A stretch of DNA of 64,000 nucleotides from positions 81,644-145,643 of the forward strand of contig CAZQYV010000001.1 of the NCBI GenBank assembly GCA_964597675.1, read 5' to 3'. Source of the DNA: an uncultured Candidatus Saccharibacteria bacterium. GTDB lineage: Bacteria > Patescibacteriota > Minisyncoccia > Phycocordibacterales > DATDWN01. Both the position numbers and the translations under genes were made by a program. The notes below the pieces were generated by a model. That model was not told where the DNA came from and searched no databases. It saw nothing but the letters and a program-made list of their open reading frames with translations. Shown piece by piece: positions 40,836 to 49,741 of this stretch (positions within the stretch are counted from its first letter, which is position 1; the number at the start of each line of letters is the position of its first letter).

Positions 40836-41885
40836 TTATTTATTATCCCAAAACCAGTACTGATTCTTCAGATTCTCACTCAGTCTATATGCGTTCGCAT
40901 GTGATAGAGCCCCAAGATATGATGCGAATGTTTGATTAAAACTTTCTTTTGAAATTATTCCTTTAGTATACGCATTGAATTTATCTCTATGTTTTCTCTC
41001 AATTCGTCTGAGTGTTTTCTTACGTATGAGTCTATGATACGGACGGAGAATATATCCCAGAAAATCAACACTTCCAGATGCTTTCAGTATTTCTACTTTG
41101 TCTGTATGAAGCCGTAATTTGAGACGATTTCCAAGGAACAGGATGATTGGTTTGATTAAATTTTCCAGATATTTTTTGTCGTTCGAGACGATAATAAAAT
41201 CATCGGTGTATCTGCCATAGTGCTCGACTTTCAGTTTTTGCTTCATATACTGATCAAACTCGTTCATATACATATTGGCAAAGAGTTGAGAGGTGAGGTT
41301 GCCAATTGGTACGCCTGTACGAGTAAAAAGGTTGGAATATCCACTCACAAAACTGTCCACAATTTCTCCAATGAGCCATATTACTTCTTTATCCTTTATC
41401 TTTCTTTGGATCAAGGAAAGAAGAATGGAATGATCGATACTGTCAAAGAATTTTCTCACGTCGCATTTGAGAACGTAGCACGCTCTTGTGTAATTTCTTG
41501 AAACTTTACGAATCATACTTTCTGCCACGTCTACTCCTTTGTGTGATCCTTTTTGGATACGACAGGAAAAAGAGGTGGCGATAAATGTCGGCTCAAACAG
41601 GGGATTCAAAATCTGGTAGACCGCATGATGAAGTACTCGGTCCCGAACTGTTGCCTTGTGGATGTGTCGGAGTTTTGGATCACAAATAAAAAAGTCAGTA
41701 TATCCACCGTGTCTGTAAGTCTTGTCCTTCAAATCTCTATGCAGTTGAAAGAGTTCCTGTTCAAGGTTTTTCTCAAACTTCAGAACGTCAGCCTTCTTTC
41801 CTTTGCCGTGTTTGAATTCTTCCCACGCCCAAAACAGGTTCTCTGGTTCTATAATTTTATTAAATAAATTTTTATATACTTTCAT
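40836..41885 (-). CDS. diversity-generating retroelement reverse transcriptase
   Basis: RT motifs including YTDDFII (YxDD) and the DGR-specific IGNLTSQ ([ILV]GxxxSQ) in place of the group II QGxxxSP; the start MKVYKNLFNKI aligns to DGR RT N-termini; the ORF track start at 41954 is probably too long. Confidence 0.8.
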   Translation of the reverse strand: MKVYKNLFNKIIEPENLFWAWEEFKHGKGKKADVLKFEKNLEQELFQLHRDLKDKTYRHGGYTDFFICDPKLRHIHKATVRDRVLHHAVYQILNPLFEPTFIATSFSCRIQKGSHKGVDVAESMIRKVSRNYTRACYVLKCDVRKFFDSIDHSILLSLIQRKIKDKEVIWLIGEIVDSFVSGYSNLFTRTGVPIGNLTSQLFANMYMNEFDQYMKQKLKVEHYGRYTDDFIIVSNDKKYLENLIKPIILFLGNRLKLRLHTDKVEILKASGSVDFLGYILRPYHRLIRKKTLRRIERKHRDKFNAYTKGIISKESFNQTFASYLGALSHANAYRLSENLKNQYWFWDNK

Positions 41886-42237
41886 GAATGATGCAGATAT
41901 ACCGATACTAAAGAAAACATACGAGCTGTACAAGCTCTTCCATGAATACCGCAAGGTAATTTCAAAAGCAAACCGATTTACTATCTATGAACGATGCGAA
42001 AACCTCATTATTGATCTCATTGAATGTTTTTTTGAAGCAGGATACGCCAAAACTGTAAATAAGGCAGTCATTTTGGATAGAGCAAGTGTTCGTCTAAATA
42101 GTTTGCGATTATTTGTTCGTCTGATGAAAGAAACGTATGCAATCGACAATAAAAAATATCTTGCGCTGCAAACAATTATAGATGAGATTGGGAGAATGCT
42201 TGGTGGTTGGATCAGATCAACCGGTCCTACCACTTAA
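41884..42237 (+). CDS. avd: DGR accessory variability determinant (Avd), four-helix-bundle family
   Basis: 117 aa; the C-terminal IDEIGRMLGGWIRS matches bAvd IAEVGRILGSWIAR; its start codon overlaps the RT start on the opposite strand. Confidence 0.75.
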   Translation: MNDADIPILKKTYELYKLFHEYRKVISKANRFTIYERCENLIIDLIECFFEAGYAKTVNKAVILDRASVRLNSLRLFVRLMKETYAIDNKKYLALQTIIDEIGRMLGGWIRSTGPTT

Positions 42238-42242
42238 ACAAA

Positions 42243-42268
42243 AGGTATCCGAATGGATACCTTTTGTG
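42243..42268. terminator. perfect palindromic bidirectional terminator (ends avd on + and the TR transcript on -)
   Basis: aaaaggtatcc-gaat-ggatacctttt. Confidence 0.65.
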
Positions 42269-42299
42269 ATGAAGGGGAGACTTCGGAACGAGACCGGAC

Positions 42300-42408
42300 G
42301 CGGTACCGTAGTTCGCATTGGCATTGTCGAACCAGTTCGTGTCGAACTTGACCTTGCCGTCGTTGAAGTTGAAGTACGGAGCGTGATCGAAGCGAACATC
42401 GGCATCCG
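42300..42408 (-). repeat. DGR template repeat (TR), Asn-codon rich, minus strand
   Basis: The reverse complement aligns to 43700-43800; over a clean core of about 75 nt every difference is an A in TR versus G in VR. Confidence 0.7.
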
Positions 42409-42724
42409 GAATTTGCCCTTGCTCATCCAGAGCACCAGAGCTTGAAAAAGTTTTCTGTTGGAAACAGATCTCAGTCTCACTCTTGAATTTAACTTGGTAG
42501 CACCCGCCATATAGGCTCAGTGGTCCACCTTAAACAAGGGCAAGCAGTATCTCCTTATCACTACACTCTTTTGGAAATCGTAATCTCCAAAACTCTGGTC
42601 GTTTCTCTTATAGAGGGTAAAGAGAAAGAGTTCGGCGACGGCAATCCATAGACGACCGTTCATGAGCCTAGACTCAAAGGAAGTGTACCAGAAAAGATAT
42701 AAATTAAGCAATATTTATGACCTA

Positions 42725-42753
42725 TTGACAAAAAAGCCATTTGGGTGTATAAT
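42725..42753 (+). promoter_or_regulatory. sigma70-like promoter of the DGR target gene (TTGACA, 17 nt spacer, TATAAT)
   Basis: ttgacaaaaaagccatttgggtgtataat. Confidence 0.6.
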
Positions 42754-42788
42754 ATATAGTGGAGGGGCTTTCTGACATTCACTGTTTT

Positions 42789-42835
42789 GAGACGAGCTTT
42801 TTGAGCCTTATTTTAGGACCTAAAAAGCTCGTCTC
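42789..42835 (+). promoter_or_regulatory. 14 bp stem-loop in the about 140 nt 5' UTR of the DGR target gene
   Basis: gagacgagcttttt...aaaaagctcgtctc. Confidence 0.4.
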
Positions 42836-42898
42836 ACAAGGACAAGTCGCAACAAAAGCCGGGGCGAATCTGGTAAATCAGGAAAGGGAGATAACGTC

Positions 42899-43834
42899 AT
42901 GACGACGATTACTCAAGCAACTTCCGGTCAGAAGAAACAGAATAGCCGTTTTCTCGAGGACGCCTTTCAGGCACTCAAAACGGAATTGGAAACCATGTTT
43001 GGTGAACTCGACACCGAGAACGCTCAACGATTCCTCGGTAACGGCGACGAATTCAAAGCCGATGTTCAGAAGGCAGCTCTCGACTCGTTCGGACGCCTGT
43101 CCATCTCGAATCAGTTCGCCAACGAAGAAGTGGAATCGACCTACGGCTACCTCTCGGGCTATCAGAAGCCGAAGGGATTGACCGAGCAGGCCAACCGCTT
43201 GCGTGAACTGTTCTCTGGTGCCGGTTTCGTCAACCTCGATCTGCAAGGCAGAATCGAGAAGGGTGAGATCGCACTGCCAGCATACGCCGAAGGTTGGTCC
43301 GTCATTCCCAACTGGATGAAGAATCCGGAGGCATGGGGCACCTACAACGAGGCACTGCAAAAAGTCCTTGACGCAATCAAGAAGACTCGCAACGGTGCCT
43401 TCTACAACTACCGCGAGGGTCAGATCGGTCCCGAGCGTCTGCGCCAAACGAAGCGTGCGGAGAAATTCTTCCGTGAGCTTTCGGAAGCACAAGGCAATCC
43501 GGATCTCTTAATCGTCCCGACCCAGTTCGGCATCCGCCATCGCGGCCGTTCGGTTCGCCGATCCCGCGAGGTTATGCTGGACAATGGCAACGAGTTCGGA
43601 CTCGGCGCATTCGCAATCGGCATCATGATCCTCGCCCATCCCGAGAGACTGAAAAACGTGGATGATCTGTGGATCGATTGTGCCGGAGACGAATATGCTC
43701 CGGGTGCCGGTGTTCGCTTCGATCGCGCTCCGTACTTCAACTTCAACGACGGCGGGGTCGGGTTCGACGCGGGGTGGACTGGCAGCGCGAGCGGCCGCTA
43801 TGGGTCTTCCTCCGCCTTCCTTCCGCAGCAGTGA
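42899..43834 (+). CDS. DGR target protein (311 aa), GC-rich, with the variable repeat at its C-terminus (C-type-lectin/FGE-like fold suspected); no signal peptide
   Basis: The C-terminus GAGVRFDRAPYFNFNDGGVGFDAGW matches the TR-encoded DADVRFDHAPYFNFNDGKVKFDTNW; ggaaagggag RBS. Confidence 0.7.
   Translation: MTTITQATSGQKKQNSRFLEDAFQALKTELETMFGELDTENAQRFLGNGDEFKADVQKAALDSFGRLSISNQFANEEVESTYGYLSGYQKPKGLTEQANRLRELFSGAGFVNLDLQGRIEKGEIALPAYAEGWSVIPNWMKNPEAWGTYNEALQKVLDAIKKTRNGAFYNYREGQIGPERLRQTKRAEKFFRELSEAQGNPDLLIVPTQFGIRHRGRSVRRSREVMLDNGNEFGLGAFAIGIMILAHPERLKNVDDLWIDCAGDEYAPGAGVRFDRAPYFNFNDGGVGFDAGWTGSASGRYGSSSAFLPQQ
43700..43800 (+). repeat. DGR variable repeat (VR)
   Basis: See the TR entry; the 3' third has diverged with non-adenine changes as well. 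Confidence 0.65.
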
Positions 43835-44027
43835 TCGCTTGCTCCTCGAATTCTTGAGTCTTTTGATTTCTTTTCTCTTGATTCTTGAATTCGCCGGCAA
43901 AATTCGGGCTACTCACAACGTGTGGGTGGCCCGATTTTCTTTTGTATAAAATTAATTATAGGGATTTTTTTGATAGATTTGCTATACTACTTGGTATAGC
44001 ATTTGTTTTATATTTTAACCGTATTTT

Positions 44028-44615
44028 ATGTCTCCTCATACATTTGTGTTTATCGGACGTTCTGGTTGTGGTAAAGGTACTCAGGCGGGTTTGCTCATGC
44101 AGCAGATTGGAGAGAAGAAAGTCGGTGAACCAATTTTTTATCTTGAAACAGGTCAGAAATTTCGCGATTTTATTGGAGGCGCTGGATACACAAACACTCT
44201 CGCACGCACCATCCAAGAAGCCGGAGGACTCCAGCCATCTTTTTTGGCGGTTTGGATGTGGTCAAATATCTTTATTGACAAATTGACTGATAAGGATCAT
44301 TTGGTTATTGATGGTACTCCACGCAAACTTGGTGAGGCAATTATTTTCACCGAAGCAATGAAGTTTTACAATCGAAGACCGATTGTTATATATATCAATG
44401 TATCTCGTGAGTGGTCAGAGGCACGGCTATCAGATCGGCATCGGTCTGACGATATGAGTGAAGTCATAAAAAATCGCCTTGATTGGTTTGACACGGATGT
44501 CTTTCCGGCGGTAGAGTACTTCAAGACAAACCCCGATGTCCAGTTTCTCGATATAAACGGTGAACGAGCGATTGAGGAGATTCAGGATGATATTTTAGAA
44601 AAATTAAAAATTTAA
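44028..44615 (+). CDS. adk: adenylate kinase
   Basis: P-loop GRSGCGKGTQ; normal position after secY, displaced here by the DGR. Confidence 0.8.
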   Translation: MSPHTFVFIGRSGCGKGTQAGLLMQQIGEKKVGEPIFYLETGQKFRDFIGGAGYTNTLARTIQEAGGLQPSFLAVWMWSNIFIDKLTDKDHLVIDGTPRKLGEAIIFTEAMKFYNRRPIVIYINVSREWSEARLSDRHRSDDMSEVIKNRLDWFDTDVFPAVEYFKTNPDVQFLDINGERAIEEIQDDILEKLKI

Positions 44616-44706
44616 AAATCAAAAAGGAAAATTAATATACATTTTTACTTTTTACTTTTGATTTTTCATTTTTAAATTGGTGAAAATCTAGGTTAAATGA
44701 TTATCT
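44616..44706. repeat. third, more diverged copy of the palindromic intergenic element
   Basis: aaaaatcaaaaaggaaaattaat...ttttacttttgatttttcatttttaaatt. Confidence 0.5.
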
Positions 44707-45474
44707 ATGATAACAATAAAGACAAAGGAGGAGATTGAAATACTAAATGAGGGCGGTCGCCGTCATGCTTTTATCTTGTCTCAGGTTGCGGAAAAAGTTG
44801 CTCCTGGTGTTTCTACTGCTTCGCTCGAGGATTATGCTAGAGAATTGATTAAGGAGGGCGGTGATCTTGCTGCGTTTTTAAACTACACACCACGTGGTGC
44901 ACGCCGTGCGTATCCAGCGGCCTTGTGTGTATCGGTTAATGATGAAATCGTCCACGGTATTCCAAATGAGGATCCAAAAATCTTACAGGAAGGAGATGTT
45001 GTTGCGCTTGACCTCGGGCTAATTCACCAAGGACTTATTACTGACAGTGCAATTACGGTAGGAGTTGGGGCAATTACTCCGGAGGAAAGGAAACTGATTG
45101 AACACACAAAAGAAGCGTTATTTATTGGTATTAAACAAGCGCGGGGAGGTGGTCGGATCGGGGACATTGGACATGCAATCGAGTCATTTGTCCGCCCATT
45201 GGGCTATGGGCTCTGCGAGGGGCTCGCAGGGCACGGTGTTGGCTACAAAGTGCACGAGGACCCCTTTGTACCAAACGAAGGGCGTAGGGGCTCTGGGGAC
45301 CTTTTGAAGCCAGGTATGGTTATTGCAATCGAGCCCATGCTCACCCTCGGTACAGATAGGATTGTCCTCTCTGCAGATGGGTATACATACAAAACAGAGG
45401 ATGGTTCAAAGTCGGCACATTTCGAACACACCATTGCTATTACAGACTCCGACCCTATCATACTTACAAAATAA
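44707..45474 (+). CDS. map: methionine aminopeptidase type I
   Basis: MAP metal-ligand pattern; 255 aa. Confidence 0.9.
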   Translation: MITIKTKEEIEILNEGGRRHAFILSQVAEKVAPGVSTASLEDYARELIKEGGDLAAFLNYTPRGARRAYPAALCVSVNDEIVHGIPNEDPKILQEGDVVALDLGLIHQGLITDSAITVGVGAITPEERKLIEHTKEALFIGIKQARGGGRIGDIGHAIESFVRPLGYGLCEGLAGHGVGYKVHEDPFVPNEGRRGSGDLLKPGMVIAIEPMLTLGTDRIVLSADGYTYKTEDGSKSAHFEHTIAITDSDPIILTK

Positions 45475-45498
45475 TATTAATATGTAATTATCAATTTC

Positions 45499-46104
45499 AT
45501 GCCACATCCAAAAACAGAACGTACGCTCGTTATTATTAAACCAGATGGTGTCCAACGAACACTGGTGGGTGAGATTATCAAGCGTCTCGAGCGACCCGGA
45601 TTGAAATTGGTGGCAATGAAAATGACGGTACCCAGTATTGATCACATTGAAAAACATTATACTCTTGATCCAGAGTGGCGACGTATTACTGGTGAGAAAC
45701 GTATTAAAGCAGCATTGGCAAAAGGGGAGAAACTAGATAATGAAGATCCATTTGCTATCACGGCAGTTATTTTAGAAAAGTTGAAAAAATACATGACATC
45801 AGGTCCTGTTATTGCTATGGTCTGGCAGGGTGCTCATGCCACAGAGTTGGTACGCAAAATTGTTGGAGGTACAGAACCGAGGACATCAGATGTTGGCACG
45901 ATTCGTGGGGACTACGTCCTTGATTCATACGTTATGGCAGATACAGATGGTAGGGCAGTCAGAAATCTAGTGCACGCGTCAGGTACGGCAGAGGAATCTG
46001 AGAAAGAAATTGCACACTGGTTTAGTCCAGAGGAGGTTGTGGATTATCGTCTCGTCCAAGAGCAGATTATATATGATGTCAATATGGACGGAATACTCGA
46101 ATAG
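45499..46104 (+). CDS. ndk: nucleoside diphosphate kinase with C-terminal extension
   Basis: ERTLVIIKPDGVQR, N..HASG. Confidence 0.85.
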   Translation: MPHPKTERTLVIIKPDGVQRTLVGEIIKRLERPGLKLVAMKMTVPSIDHIEKHYTLDPEWRRITGEKRIKAALAKGEKLDNEDPFAITAVILEKLKKYMTSGPVIAMVWQGAHATELVRKIVGGTEPRTSDVGTIRGDYVLDSYVMADTDGRAVRNLVHASGTAEESEKEIAHWFSPEEVVDYRLVQEQIIYDVNMDGILE

Positions 46105-46107
46105 GTA

Positions 46108-46136
46108 TTGACATGCAACCTATTTAGGTGTATAAT
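46108..46136 (+). promoter_or_regulatory. sigma70-like promoter (TTGACA, 17 nt spacer, TATAAT)
   Basis: ttgacatgcaacctatttaggtgtataat. Confidence 0.6.
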
Positions 46137-46149
46137 AGAATAGGAGGGT

Positions 46150-46299
46150 ATGATGACAACAGGCCTTATTCTTGGCATTTTAGTCATAGTGGTTACCATT
46201 ATGACTATGGTGGTCGTTATAAGATTGTGCATGAATTACGCTAGGCGTGAAAAGGCGACAAAGGAAGCATTCAAAGAGAGGTTTCCTCCGTCCGAGTAG
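46150..46299 (+). CDS. 49-aa single-TM hydrophobic peptide with its own promoter, RBS and terminator
   Basis: aggaggg RBS; MMTTGLILGILVIVVTIMTMVVVIRLCMNYARREK...; terminator cacccccgacgagtagtcgggggtg plus T-run at 46303-46335. Confidence 0.5.
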   Translation: MMTTGLILGILVIVVTIMTMVVVIRLCMNYARREKATKEAFKERFPPSE

Positions 46300-46611
46300 A
46301 CCCACCCCCGACGAGTAGTCGGGGGTGTTCGTTTTTACACATTACTTATTTCATACCCGCAAGTGTTTCTCTATTATATCGAGATGTATAATATTGGTAG
46401 GATTGTTTCATATTTTCTATCTAACAATTTTTTAGGGAGTCTCATATTTACATATCCCGATGAGCATTGTCGCAAGACAGAGTTCACTCAGATATGTGTG
46501 CGGACACCCACCTGGCATTATGCTAGGGGAATATGAACACAATCCTATTAAAGAACCCCGTGTCGTACGGGATTTTTTAATTTTTTCTTTCGCTTTTATC
46601 ATTCTCACGGT

Positions 46612-47025
46612 ATGATTATGATATATACTATGTCGCAAACACTTTTCAAAAGAGCTTTTTTATTTCTCTGTATCACTGGCGCACTCAATTGGGCAGGAGT
46701 GACGTTGTATTTGTATTGGAGTCTGTGGTGGTATGATGTTTTGATGCATTTTCTAGGCGGACTGACTGTCGGGTTTGCTACATTATGGCTTGTCAGGTTA
46801 CGCACAGGTTATAATCTGTCGTTTACCCAATGTCTACGTATTGTTTTGTATGGTGGGATTTTTGTTGGGATCGTATGGGAAATATTTGAGTTATATTATC
46901 ACGTCACCACTTTTGATGATGGAATATATTTCGTGACAGATACAATGGGGGATTTAATCATGGACACTATAGGTGCACTCGTGGCGGGTGTATGGGGATA
47001 TAACATACTGAAAAAAAATGACTAA
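46612..47025 (+). CDS. hypothetical 4-TM membrane protein
   Basis: ORF with hydrophobic segments; overlaps the next gene by 8 nt. Confidence 0.5.
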   Translation: MIMIYTMSQTLFKRAFLFLCITGALNWAGVTLYLYWSLWWYDVLMHFLGGLTVGFATLWLVRLRTGYNLSFTQCLRIVLYGGIFVGIVWEIFELYYHVTTFDDGIYFVTDTMGDLIMDTIGALVAGVWGYNILKKND

Positions 47026-48394
47026 TCATTTACAACTGACATGTTGGGGCGGAGTAGGCACAGTAACCGGTGCAAATTTTTTACTAGAAGATAGTTCAAC
47101 GCGAATATTGGTTGATTGTGGGATTGTGCAGGGAACAGTAGATGCCGACGCTTTAAATCGTGAGCCATTTCCATACAATCCAAAAACAATTGATTTTTTG
47201 TTCGTGACGCATGCTCACATGGATCATATTGGGAAAATACCAAAACTTATCCGTGACGGATTTGTTGGTACAATTTATTCCACACCAGAGACTCGTGAAC
47301 TGGCTTCGCTTATGTTGCAAGATGCTATCAGGGTAATGGAAATGCAGAGTAGGGAAAAAAATATCGATCCTTTGTATAGTCCGGTGCATTTGACCATGGC
47401 ACTTTCGCTGTGGCAGACAATTCCATATCACACAGACACAAAAATAAATGATAATTTTTCAGTTTATCTCAAAGATGCCGGTCATATTCTCGGCTCATCC
47501 ATGTATGAGGTGACGTATTCTGGAGAAAAAGGGTCCAAAAAAATTGTTTTTACAGGAGACTCTGGCAACTCACCATCACCTTTACTCAAAGATACAGAGC
47601 CGATTACTGATGCTGATTATCTAGTAATGGACAGCGTTTATGGGGACAGAAATCATGAGCCAAAGAAAGAGCGAGATCAAAAGTTTAAACAAGTTGTTTT
47701 GGACACAATCTCCAGCAAGGGGGCACTGGTTATTCCTGCATTTTCTCTCGAGCGGACACAGGTTGTGTTGTATGAATTGAATAATCTTGTCGAAGATGGG
47801 TTGGTCCCAAGTGTCCCAGTCTTTCTGGATTCTCCGCTTGGTATAAAAGTGACTGAAATATATAAAAAATTAAAAAAGGATTTTAATGCCGAGGTTCAAG
47901 GTGAAATAAAAGGAGGGGATGATATATTTAATTTCCCTCGTCTGACTATTACAGAAACATCGCTCGAATCTCGAGAGATAGCCGACACACCAAATCCAAA
48001 AATCATTATTGCAGGATCGGGTATGTCTTCTGGTGGTCGGGTCATACAGCACGAAGCACACTTTCTCCCTGATCCAAAGAGCACTATTCTCCTTATGGGT
48101 TACCAAGCAGTCGGTACGCTCGGTCGCTCGATACAAGAAAAACCAGCCAGAGTGGAAATCAACGGTGAAATTGTCCCTATTCGTGCTCGAGTGGAAATGA
48201 TCAGTGGGTACTCATCACACAAGGACTCCGACGGGTTGGTCGGAATTGTTGCCGGTACTGCCGAGAAGCTAAAACGGGTATTTGTGACAATGGGCGAGCC
48301 AAAATCATCTACTTATCTTGCCCAAAGACTTCATAATGAACTGGGTGTTGATGCGATCTATCCAGAGCGAGGAAAAGTGTACGAACTCAACTAG
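47018..48394 (+). CDS. beta-CASP family MBL-fold ribonuclease (RNase J / CPSF-like)
   Basis: HAHMDHIG motif and a beta-CASP region; 458 aa. Confidence 0.7.
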   Translation: MTNHLQLTCWGGVGTVTGANFLLEDSSTRILVDCGIVQGTVDADALNREPFPYNPKTIDFLFVTHAHMDHIGKIPKLIRDGFVGTIYSTPETRELASLMLQDAIRVMEMQSREKNIDPLYSPVHLTMALSLWQTIPYHTDTKINDNFSVYLKDAGHILGSSMYEVTYSGEKGSKKIVFTGDSGNSPSPLLKDTEPITDADYLVMDSVYGDRNHEPKKERDQKFKQVVLDTISSKGALVIPAFSLERTQVVLYELNNLVEDGLVPSVPVFLDSPLGIKVTEIYKKLKKDFNAEVQGEIKGGDDIFNFPRLTITETSLESREIADTPNPKIIIAGSGMSSGGRVIQHEAHFLPDPKSTILLMGYQAVGTLGRSIQEKPARVEINGEIVPIRARVEMISGYSSHKDSDGLVGIVAGTAEKLKRVFVTMGEPKSSTYLAQRLHNELGVDAIYPERGKVYELN

Positions 48395-48431
48395 CATAAA
48401 ATTAAATACCACCCTAGGGTGGTATTTAATT

Positions 48432-48821
48432 TTATGCTGTCACTGCCTCTTTTACTGTAGATTTTGTAGAGGTGACTGCGAATGCATTGTCTACGATTTT
48501 CTTAAATGTATCAGGGCTTTCCTTTACTAGTGTCGCTAGGATCTTTCGGTCGAGCAACACGTTTTTCTTTTTTAGTGCTCCCATCAATTTACTGTATGAA
48601 AGACCCATTTCTTTTAGTGAATATGAAATATTAACATTCCAATTTCTTCGAGCATCACCTTTTTTATCACGTCGGTGTGCAAAAGCGTACACTCCTGCAT
48701 GTGAAATTGCCTCGATCGCCTGGCGCTCTTTATTTGCTCGTCCATAGCGAAAACCTTTTACTCTTTTGAGTACATTTCGTCTTGTCTTTAGTGCATTTAC
48801 TCCTCCTTTTACTCGTGTCAT
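48432..48821 (-). CDS. rplT: 50S ribosomal protein L20
   Basis: MTRVKGGV... Confidence 0.85.
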   Translation of the reverse strand: MTRVKGGVNALKTRRNVLKRVKGFRYGRANKERQAIEAISHAGVYAFAHRRDKKGDARRNWNVNISYSLKEMGLSYSKLMGALKKKNVLLDRKILATLVKESPDTFKKIVDNAFAVTSTKSTVKEAVTA

Positions 48822-48887
48822 GTTTGAATGATTAATAAGTAACGAGTAAGATGTAATTTTTACTTCTTACTATTTACTTTTTACTAA

Positions 48888-49073
48888 TTATTTAATAAAT
48901 CGTGCCTTATCTTTGTTACTAATAGGGAATGCGACCCCTCGGTTTTTTGCCATTTGTCCGCGTGCACTTTCCTTTGCATTGAAATGGTTTTGGCCAGTCT
49001 TGCGAGCGACAATTTTACCATTTTTTGTGACTTTCAATCGTTTGGTGAAAGATTTATTTGTTTTTGTTGTCAT
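48888..49073 (-). CDS. rpmI: 50S ribosomal protein L35
   Basis: Small basic protein between infC and rplT. Confidence 0.75.
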   Translation of the reverse strand: MTTKTNKSFTKRLKVTKNGKIVARKTGQNHFNAKESARGQMAKNRGVAFPISNKDKARFIK

Positions 49074-49162
49074 TGTTTTTAATAAGTAAGATGTAATAAG
49101 TAAGATGTAATTTTTTGATTTTGTATTTTTTACTTCTTACTATTTACTCATTACTTTTTTGT

Positions 49163-49675
49163 TTAACCTGCTTTTTCAATAATTATACTTAAACCCTTGG
49201 GACTTTTCTTTGCAGGATCAGCGATTTTGTATGTTTCTGTAATAAGTTTCAATACTCGATCCATACGTTCCCGCAAAAATGCTTCATTCATGTACTTGGT
49301 TCTACCGGGCAAAAAGAGATCTATTTTGATACGGTGCCCTTCTTTGAGCCATTCTGATGATTTTTTCGCTTTTAACCCCAAATCATGATCCCCAGTACCC
49401 ACCTTGATTTGAATGTTTTTCACTTCAACAGTGTGCGCTTTGGATTTTGCTACCTTTTGCTTTTTACTTTCAGTGTACTGAAATTTACCATAATCCATGA
49501 TTTTAGCAACCGGTGGATTGGCTTTTGGGGAAATCTCTATAAGATCGAGTCCTGCTTCCTTGGCTTTTTCAATGGCCTCGGCAAAGGACAAAACCCCTAG
49601 ATTATCTCCATCATCAGTAAGGACACGGAGTTCAGGTGCTTTTATTTGGTTGTTAATTCGAACAGATGTACTCAA
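49163..49675 (-). CDS. infC: translation initiation factor IF-3
   Basis: IF3 N- and C-domain motifs; conserved infC-rpmI-rplT order. Confidence 0.9.
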   Translation of the reverse strand: MSTSVRINNQIKAPELRVLTDDGDNLGVLSFAEAIEKAKEAGLDLIEISPKANPPVAKIMDYGKFQYTESKKQKVAKSKAHTVEVKNIQIKVGTGDHDLGLKAKKSSEWLKEGHRIKIDLFLPGRTKYMNEAFLRERMDRVLKLITETYKIADPAKKSPKGLSIIIEKAG

Positions 49676-49741
49676 TATGAATCAATTAATGAATAAAATA
49701 CTGCGTTAATATATCATCTTTTTTATAAAAATGCAAGGGTC

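Noticed and set aside
42878-43492. 204-aa ORF antisense to the DGR target gene; also 43508-43900 and 42217-42510 on the minus strand
   Set aside because: GC-rich DNA gives long open antisense frames. The 42217-42510 and 43508-43900 translations merely mirror the TR/VR similarity.
46380-46580. Possible small transcript between the 46150 cassette and the 46612 gene (TATAAT at 46389, terminator-like hairpin at 46553-46580, 38-aa ORF MSIVARQSSL...)
   Set aside because: The ORF has no RBS and there is no family resemblance; evidence is too thin to call
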